The notes below the pieces were generated by a model that was not told the origin of the DNA, did not search any database, and saw nothing but the letters and a program-made list of their open reading frames with translations. A stretch of 5,947 nt of DNA from the NCBI GenBank assembly GCA_016840425.1, contig JAEOSI010000148.1, positions 1-5,947 on the forward strand, in the 5' to 3' direction. The translations under genes and the position numbers were made by a program. The stretch comes from Candidatus Wukongarchaeum yapensis (GTDB lineage: Archaea > Asgardarchaeota > Wukongarchaeia > Wukongarchaeales > Wukongarchaeaceae). Shown here piece by piece: positions 1 to 5,393 of this stretch (its first letter is position 1; every line of letters starts with the position of its first letter).

Positions 1-2
1 AA

Positions 3-674
3 GAAATAACCCCTCACATAAAGAAAGACGCGATTCTTACAGAAATTACTTCCATAAAAGCCTCCGTAGTAGAATCTTTAAGGGAGGCTTCTAGAACCCC
101 TATAAACGTGATAAGCCTTCATCCTATGTTTGGTTCTGGAGCAAAAAGTTTGGAAGATCTAAACATCGTTATCATACCCGTAACCGAAAAAAGTGAGGAA
201 ATTGCAAAGTCTTTAGGCGAATTTTTTAGAAAAGATGGTGCCAACATAATATTTTCAACTTTTGAAGAGCACGACCTCATAATGGCCTACGTTCTTGGTT
301 TACCTCACAGCGTAGGAATGATAATTGCTTCAATGATGGCGGAAAGCGGAATCTCGCCCAAAAGATTCAGGGAGTTTGCAGGATCAAGCTTTAAACTTCT
401 ACTCACCTTAACTGAATCTATAATATACCAAGGACCAGAACTCCCCACACTCATACATCTAACTAATCCCCATTCAGAACCCGTTATTAAAGGTTTTAAA
501 GACCGCTTACTCCACCTTACAAGCGCCATAAAAAACGAAGATCCAACAGCATTTGAAGAAATTTTCTCCAAGGCATCCATTTACCTTTCAAAAGACCCTC
601 TCTTTAAAGAAGCCTATAAACGGATGTACAAAGCAATAGAAGCCATAAAAAAAGAGACAAAACAGGTTAAATAA
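3..674 (+). CDS. tyrA: Prephenate/arogenate dehydrogenase (TyrA family), 5'-truncated by the window edge
   Basis: The frame is open from position 3 (EITPHIKKDAILTEITSIKASVVESLREASRTPINVISLHPMFG...), so the true start is upstream of the window, not at 108. TyrA motifs: xEITSIK (D-V-x-S-x-K equivalent), SLHPMFG (catalytic His), EEHDLIMAYVLGLPH (dimerisation-domain HD..ma...lpH), FAGSSF. Confidence 0.9.
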   Translation, partial: EITPHIKKDAILTEITSIKASVVESLREASRTPINVISLHPMFGSGAKSLEDLNIVIIPVTEKSEEIAKSLGEFFRKDGANIIFSTFEEHDLIMAYVLGLPHSVGMIIASMMAESGISPKRFREFAGSSFKLLLTLTESIIYQGPELPTLIHLTNPHSEPVIKGFKDRLLHLTSAIKNEDPTAFEEIFSKASIYLSKDPLFKEAYKRMYKAIEAIKKETKQVK

Positions 675-705
675 AAAGAGTTAAAAATGCTATAAACCCA
701 TAAAT

Positions 706-731
706 GAGTTAAGTTTATTAAGGTTTTAAGA
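706..731 (+). promoter_or_regulatory. Candidate BRE/TATA promoter of cimA
   Basis: GAGTTAAG-TTTATTAA (714-721) and TAAGG-TTTTAAGA (724-731) are two overlapping purine-rich plus TTTAWWA candidates in the tyrA-cimA spacer. Which one is used cannot be decided from sequence. Confidence 0.45.
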
Positions 732-805
732 TCTTTAATGGGTTTAGTTAACTTCAACCCTTGGTTCCCTTAACTGTATATTTTTGCGGAGCAAGACCCG
801 TTTTC

Positions 806-822
806 TGAGGTGTTTTAGGTGA
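806..822 (+). promoter_or_regulatory. Shine-Dalgarno site(s) for cimA
   Basis: TGAGGTG at 806-812 (10 nt before ATG 823) and AGGTGA at 817-822 (6 nt before in-frame GTG 829). Both match the archaeal GGAGGTGA consensus. Confidence 0.7.
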
Positions 823-2397
823 ATGGAAGTGAATACTTTATTGGATCGTAAAGATGTTTTTTCCTACGATGAAGAAGTTATTAAAAGATTAAAAAATGTG
901 CGGATTCTTGATACAACTTTGCGTGATGGGGAACAAACCCCTGGATGCATCCTAACTCCTCCTCAAAAGGTTAAAATCGCTCGAGCCTTAGATGAGTTTG
1001 GAGTTCACGTGATTGAGGCCGGGATGGCTATAACAAGCGTGGGTGAGCGTGAAGGAATAAAAGCAGTTAAAAGAGAAGGGTTAAATGCCGAGATCTGCGG
1101 TGGTTGTCGTGCAGTAATAGTCGACATAGAACGATCTCTTGAGTGTGATGTGGACAGTATACACCTAATAGTGCCTAGTTCAGAGCTTCACAGGAGAGAA
1201 AAGTTCGGAAAAACTTTGGAAGAAATTCTTGGCCTTACCGTAAAATGCATAGATTTTGCTAAAGATAACGGCCTTATAGTAGAGTTAAGCGCCGAAGACG
1301 GTTCAAGGGCAGACATAGACGACCTAATAGCCCTTTTCTCCACAGGTAAGGAGGCTAAAGCTGACAGGTTTTGTATCTGTGACACTGTTGGCATAGCTGT
1401 CCCTGAAAAGATCTATGCCCGATTTCAAATCCTTACAGAAACTTTTCCCGATATTCCTATAAGCGTCCACTGTCATAACGACTTTGGTTTGGCTGTAGCT
1501 AACACAATTGCGGCGCTAAAAGGAGGATCAAAACAGTTTCATGGCACGGTAAACGGTGTGGGAGAAAGGGCAGGCAATGTCGCCATAGAGGAAGTCATCA
1601 TGACTTTAAAAGCTCTATACGACGTAGAATTACCAGTTAAAACAGAGAAAATCTTCGAGCTTTCTAGACTGGTTTCAGACAATATGAACCTCCCTATAGC
1701 TTTTAATAAACCATTGGTTGGCGAGAACTCTTTTGCCCACGAGTCTGGGATACACTCTTCCGCCGTATTGAAAAACCCAGAAACATACGAACCCATCCCT
1801 CCCAATATAATAGGAAGAAGAAGACGCTTAGTAATGGGAAAACATGCAGGGAAAAAAGCCCTCAAAGAAGTTTTAGAAGAGTTCGGTTTTCACGTAACTG
1901 ACGACCAACTTGTCGAGATCTTTGAGAAGATGAAAAAACTCGCAGATCTTGGAAAAAAGGTAACGGACTCAGACCTTGTAGCCATAGCAGAAACAGTTAC
2001 TGAGGGAATGATAGAAGAAGCTGTGAAACTTGACGAATTGACCGTAGTAACTGGTAACAAAATCACGCCCACCGCAAGCGTTAAAATAGCTACAAACAAG
2101 AAAGAAATTTTTTCATCAGGCTTCGGAACAGGCCCGGTGGACGCAGCAATGAAAGCCATAGAATCAGCATTAAAAAACACAGAAATCCCGCAAATCCACC
2201 TCGCAGACTACCACGTCGACGCCATAACAGGAGGAACAGAAGCAGTAGTAAACGTAAGAATAACCCTAAGAAAAGGCGATAACATGATCACAGCAAGCGG
2301 AGCAGGCGGAGACATAGTAATGGCAAGCGTCGAAGCAATGCTCACAGGCTACAACAAAATGCTCGCCCTAGAAAAAAGAAAAAACAACAAAAAATAA
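823..2397 (+). CDS. cimA: (R)-citramalate synthase, archaeal type (DRE-TIM metallolyase with LeuA-type C-terminal allosteric domain)
   Basis: DTTLRDGEQTPG, HCHNDFGLAVAN, GVGERAGN and FAHESGIH mark the LeuA/CimA/homocitrate synthase family. Segments VIEAGxAITSxGEREGIK, EGLNAEIC, ECDVDSxHLxVP, GLIVELSAED, ADRxCxCDTVG and KLDELTVVxGNKITPxASVK closely match methanococcal CimA as I remember it. LeuA is less likely but not excluded. Confidence 0.82.
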   Translation: MEVNTLLDRKDVFSYDEEVIKRLKNVRILDTTLRDGEQTPGCILTPPQKVKIARALDEFGVHVIEAGMAITSVGEREGIKAVKREGLNAEICGGCRAVIVDIERSLECDVDSIHLIVPSSELHRREKFGKTLEEILGLTVKCIDFAKDNGLIVELSAEDGSRADIDDLIALFSTGKEAKADRFCICDTVGIAVPEKIYARFQILTETFPDIPISVHCHNDFGLAVANTIAALKGGSKQFHGTVNGVGERAGNVAIEEVIMTLKALYDVELPVKTEKIFELSRLVSDNMNLPIAFNKPLVGENSFAHESGIHSSAVLKNPETYEPIPPNIIGRRRRLVMGKHAGKKALKEVLEEFGFHVTDDQLVEIFEKMKKLADLGKKVTDSDLVAIAETVTEGMIEEAVKLDELTVVTGNKITPTASVKIATNKKEIFSSGFGTGPVDAAMKAIESALKNTEIPQIHLADYHVDAITGGTEAVVNVRITLRKGDNMITASGAGGDIVMASVEAMLTGYNKMLALEKRKNNKK

Positions 2398-2412
2398 ACA
2401 AAAGAAAAAAAT

Positions 2413-2441
2413 CTCCCCTTCTTTCTTCCCTTCCACCTTTT
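2413..2441 (+). terminator. Pyrimidine tract after the cimA stop, possible archaeal U-rich terminator
   Basis: CTCCCCTTCTTTCTTCCCTTCCACCTTTT begins 15 nt after TAA. Further T runs follow at about 2475-2495. Confidence 0.4.
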
Positions 2442-2511
2442 AATGACCAAATATCTCTTTCACTAAGCTATATCTTCCTTTTTCTCTGGTTTTCAAAATC
2501 ATAAAAAAAAT

Positions 2512-2550
2512 AGAAATTTTTGTGAAAAAATATTTTTCACAATTTTTTCT
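2512..2550. terminator. Hairpin between convergent cimA and ARPP-1 genes, probable bidirectional terminator
   Basis: Perfect 10-bp inverted repeat TTGTGAAAAA (2520-2529) / TTTTTCACAA (2533-2542) with an ATA loop, extended by AGAAA (2512-2516) / TTTCT (2546-2550). Flanked by A8 (2503-2510) and T-rich runs. Confidence 0.6.
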
Positions 2551-2565
2551 TTTTATTGTCTTTTT

Positions 2566-3717
2566 TTATTCTTGGTTTATTGATTGTTGTTGTGGTGTTG
2601 GCGGCGGCAGATTTCTTGAAATCTCTTCTGGTGTCAGGATGCGTTGTACTTGTGCTGTTTCTAATACCCGTCTTGGTTTTATTTTTTCTAGGCTGGATTT
2701 TCCTACTGCGTAGAAGTGTGCTATTTTATTTTCGTTTATGAGAGTTATTCCATGCCATCCTCCGTCTGATGAACTGAATTCGACGACGTAACCTAGTCCT
2801 GTTCCTTTTCGTGGTTCAATTTTAGAAGTTTTTTCGCTTAATGTTTCTAACGCTTTTCTATGTGCTTCTGACGTGCTAATTTTTTCCTTTTTTTCTTCTT
2901 CTTTTCCGCTTTTTTCCTTAATTTGTTGTCTTAGTAGGGTCTCAGATATATATCCTTTTAATACGTCAGTTCTGAAGTCTTTCCAAGCTTTTTGATTGCC
3001 GTAAAATTCGTAAGCGATAACTTCACCGTCTACAAGCACCGTGATGCCGCATTGACCTTCAACGTCCTTAAACTTTGATAGGTATTCTTCTATTTCCTCT
3101 TGTTTCGTTTCAATCATGTCAAGATAACTTCTTGTGGGTGCTTTGCTTCTTTCTATTCTCATGAGTTCACTGTAAGCTTCTACCGAGTCCCAAAGCATTG
3201 ATTGGTCTCCTTGTGTTTCCATAAGCCTCCTTGAAATACTTTGGTTCATTCTAGCTCCTGAGGTCTTAAATTTCCGCGTCTCTTTTCCACCATCAAACTG
3301 TATTCTTCCCCCATCTAATTGTGTCCCATAAGTCCACCTGGAGGCTTCTATACACCGTGCTGGTATAGGTAAGGGATTGCTCTTTTTACGCCCAGCAGGG
3401 ATAAGGATCGGTTCATAGACGGTTCTATCTTGCTTGCCCCCTTTAACTGTTTGCAGGAAAGGAATAAGTACCGGTTTTTCTCCCACATTTACTGCTTCTA
3501 ACTGGCCAACTAATTCTGAAACCTGTTCCTGTATCCATGCTACTTCTAATTCTTCAGCCTCTCGGATGGTGATAAAGTCTAAACCCTGATCTTGAAGAAT
3601 TAAAGGTATGACCGCCATGTTTTCATAAGCCTGGACTTCCCCAAATTTCAAAATCCTCGTCATATCCCCGACAAAGTCTTCCACAACTTCTTTCGCAACA
3701 TCTACATTATTACTCAC
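2566..3717 (-). CDS. ARPP-1 / DUF6569 family domain protein, 383 aa, GTG start
   Basis: NVGEKPVLIP..VKGGKQDRTV.EPILIPAG....IPARCIEASRW matches the ARPP-1 pattern N....PvLi..Ge.l.G.KQnR.....ilvp.....ipv.CvE..RW. Also present are QSMLWDSV (Q..vW..v) and GQCGITVLVDGEVIAYEFYG..KAWK.F...VLKGY. Has a K/E-rich insert (KEKSGKEEEKKEK) and a Pro/Gln disordered tail. Confidence 0.8.
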   Translation of the reverse strand: MSNNVDVAKEVVEDFVGDMTRILKFGEVQAYENMAVIPLILQDQGLDFITIREAEELEVAWIQEQVSELVGQLEAVNVGEKPVLIPFLQTVKGGKQDRTVYEPILIPAGRKKSNPLPIPARCIEASRWTYGTQLDGGRIQFDGGKETRKFKTSGARMNQSISRRLMETQGDQSMLWDSVEAYSELMRIERSKAPTRSYLDMIETKQEEIEEYLSKFKDVEGQCGITVLVDGEVIAYEFYGNQKAWKDFRTDVLKGYISETLLRQQIKEKSGKEEEKKEKISTSEAHRKALETLSEKTSKIEPRKGTGLGYVVEFSSSDGGWHGITLINENKIAHFYAVGKSSLEKIKPRRVLETAQVQRILTPEEISRNLPPPTPQQQSINQE

Positions 3718-3729
3718 ACTTATCTCGCC

Positions 3730-3757
3730 CCTATAAACCTTAAAAATAGGTTTTTAT
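3730..3757 (-). promoter_or_regulatory. Candidate BRE/TATA promoter of the ARPP-1 gene
   Basis: The minus strand reads AAAAACC-TATTTTTAAG-GTTTATAGG. The TTTTTAAG box starts about 30 nt before GTG 3717, which fits a leaderless transcript. A second box, TTTATAGG, would put the transcription start inside the ORF. Confidence 0.45.
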
Positions 3758-4034
3758 ATTCTTTGAAGCTCAAAAATTTAAACGCATTTAAAGCTGTTTA
3801 ATATGTTTCCTCCTAAACTTCTCTAAGAATCTGACCCCAAGAAATAACATCTAGTTTATTTATTTACCTTTCACCTTCTTATTTCTTATCATTCCCATAC
3901 CTCTTTAATTACCAAATTTTCAATCTATTCTAAGAAACCAGATATACAAGCTACTAAACCTACCATTCAGTATACCCTCTTTAATACTAGAGAAATTTTA
4001 GAACCAACGTTCATATAACAACAGTTTTTTGGGT

Positions 4035-4457
4035 TTATTTCCATCTTTTTTTCTTTTTTGCATTTCTTCTCGCTAGTATTGCTAATATTACGGCTAGTCC
4101 TTGGAGGGTAAAAAGGAGTCGCATGGCTTCTAAAAGCCCCTCGATTATAGCTACGAATATGAATAATATTATGAGCGTTATTAAGCCTATTCCTGCCCCT
4201 ATAATTATTAGAAATCTTCCTGTAAAGAGGTGTTCCTTGCTTATTGCTATACCACCTAAAATAACCGTTATGCCCCCAAAAGCAGCTAAGATAAAAATTA
4301 TGACAAAAATGGTGCGGAAAAAGTTTTCGTATTCGGGTAATTCTTTTGTTAGCCAGTCTGTTAATAATTTCCAAAACCAGGGGAATATGCGCCAATTAGT
4401 TAATATGAAAAGTATTCCAGAAATAAATGCATAAAAAACAGCTTTCTTATATCTCAA
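4035..4457 (-). CDS. Uncharacterised 4-TM membrane protein, 140 aa, TTG start
   Basis: Hydrophobic segments at about aa 7-22, 50-72, 82-105 and 113-129. Gly-rich packing motifs (FGGITVILGG, GRFLIIIGAGIGL), an amphipathic helix after TM1, and basic termini (MRYKK; RRNAKKKKRWK) fit the positive-inside rule. A BRE/TATA lies just upstream. Confidence 0.75.
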   Translation of the reverse strand: MRYKKAVFYAFISGILFILTNWRIFPWFWKLLTDWLTKELPEYENFFRTIFVIIFILAAFGGITVILGGIAISKEHLFTGRFLIIIGAGIGLITLIILFIFVAIIEGLLEAMRLLFTLQGLAVILAILARRNAKKKKRWK

Positions 4458-4485
4458 GGTCGGTCGGAAAATTTTTGGGAAAATC

Positions 4486-4500
4486 GATTTTAAATCTTTC
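4486..4500 (-). promoter_or_regulatory. BRE/TATA promoter of the 140-aa gene
   Basis: The minus strand reads GAAAG-ATTTAAAA. The predicted transcription start is about 4463, a few nt before TTG 4457. No SD is visible, consistent with a near-leaderless transcript. Confidence 0.5.
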
Positions 4501-4562
4501 TAAGAAAAAATTAGCGATAATTTTCCCAGTATGCCTACATAAACCTTTAAAATAAATTTTTT

Positions 4563-4625
4563 CAAATTCTTTTAATATATTATTATAGTCGTTTTAATGG
4601 TTTTAGTTTAGGTATTTTGTGAGGT
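4563..4625 (+). promoter_or_regulatory. TATA box and SD of the 223-aa gene (divergent promoter region 4458-4632)
   Basis: CAAATTC-TTTTAATATAT (4563-4580) and GTGAGGT (4619-4625), 7 nt before TTG 4633. Confidence 0.55.
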
Positions 4626-4632
4626 TTTTCCT

Positions 4633-5304
4633 TTGGCTTTTAACTGGATACTATTTTTGATTATTTTTGGGGCTTTTTTTTCTGTTTTCTTTTTGCTTGG
4701 CAGGATGAAAAACAAACTGATTTTAAGAGACATCGGGCAAGAAATCGAAGGAATTTTGACAAAATACGTTACCGGGGTAAAAATTTTGGGAAAATCTTCA
4801 AGGGCTGCAGCTTTTTCCTTTAGCTTGTCCAAAGAAGCTCCCTTTAACTCTTTAGATATCACGGTAGTTTTAGGTCATAGGGGCACTCTTGGATATTACA
4901 TAAAAAAAGCGTTTAAAAGATCTTTAGACAAAATCGCTTTCGATGCAGATTTTAAACACAAACCAAAAGCAGAATTCATAATCGTTCCAAAAAGTGAAAC
5001 AAAGTTGATCAGCGAGTATAAAGAACACTTAATGAAGTTTCAACTGGTAAAAATCAATAAAGCAGAAATCGATGATTTTTACATGATCCGTGCTTCAAAC
5101 GAAAGCATCGGAAAACAAATTTCAACAAACAAAAGAATTTTCAATCCTCTTTTAAAAATAAAGCCCTTCGTTTTCAGCGTCTCCATAGGTAAAGAAGCGC
5201 CAAATATGCGCGCAATATTTTACCTTCCCTCTTATTTAAAGGATATGAAAATCACCATAAACTTTCTCTTCATTCTAGGAGAACTACTCCAAAAATCAAA
5301 GTGA
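4633..5304 (+). CDS. Single-pass membrane protein with a cytosolic alpha/beta domain; putative CCDC47 (DUF1682, PAT complex)-like, 223 aa, TTG start
   Basis: Good SD. N-terminal TM (aa 5-22) is immediately followed by G-R-M-K-N, then a K-rich globular domain whose motifs line up in order with CCDC47 (see findings). The CDS is well supported; the family call is a by-eye remote homology. Confidence 0.65.
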   Translation: [223 protein letters not shown]

Positions 5305-5338
5305 ACTGCTACCCCAAAATAGACTAAAAAAACGTAAT

Positions 5339-5372
5339 AAAAAGGATTATATTTTAATTATAACCCTTTTTT
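5339..5372. terminator. Hairpin between the convergent 223-aa and 169-aa genes, probable bidirectional terminator
   Basis: AAAAAGGATTATA (5339-5351) / TATAACCCTTTTT (5359-5371): 13-bp stem with one mismatch and a 7-nt loop, giving a T-run on the downstream arm of each strand. Confidence 0.6.
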
Positions 5373-5393
5373 CATCCTCTGTTGTGCTAATTG

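Noticed and set aside
108-110. GTG 108 as the tyrA start
   Set aside because: The frame is open back to position 3 and includes the conserved EITSIK segment, so the gene begins upstream of the window.
305-2180. Minus-strand ORFs 305-580, 1188-1394, 1539-1865, 1890-2180
   Set aside because: Fully antisense to well-supported tyrA and cimA, with no recognisable motifs; shadow ORFs.
823-2397. Calling the gene leuA or homocitrate synthase
   Set aside because: Family motifs are shared, but several subfamily-level segments match archaeal CimA better, and it carries a full C-terminal regulatory domain, which archaeal homocitrate synthase (AksA) lacks.
2521-2541. TGTGA...TCACA as a CRP site
   Set aside because: The spacer is 11 nt rather than 6, the site lies between convergent 3' ends, and the context is archaeal.
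2522-2741. Plus-strand ORFs 2522-2713 and 2556-2741 (the latter looks like a 2-TM peptide)
   Set aside because: Antisense to the ARPP-1 3' end. The hydrophobicity is a by-product of the T/G-rich antisense strand, and the starts lie in the terminator region.
3788-3966. Tiny minus-strand ORFs in the 317-bp spacer (3788-3850 MLFLGVRFLEKFRRKHIKQL; 3925-3966 MVGLVACISGFLE) and a 10-bp direct repeat CCTCTTTAAT (3900, 3976)
   Set aside because: Too short to support without conservation data. The repeat has only two copies; no C/D-box pair, tRNA fold or array structure was seen.
3967-4434. ORFs 3967-4395 (-) and 4123-4434 (+)
   Set aside because: Alternative-frame and antisense overlaps of the 140-aa gene, which has a coherent TM pattern and promoter; these have atypical composition.
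4035-4457. Direct annotation of the 140-aa protein as Asterix (PAT10)
   Set aside because: No detectable sequence similarity, and it has four rather than three predicted TMs. Kept only as a partner hypothesis.
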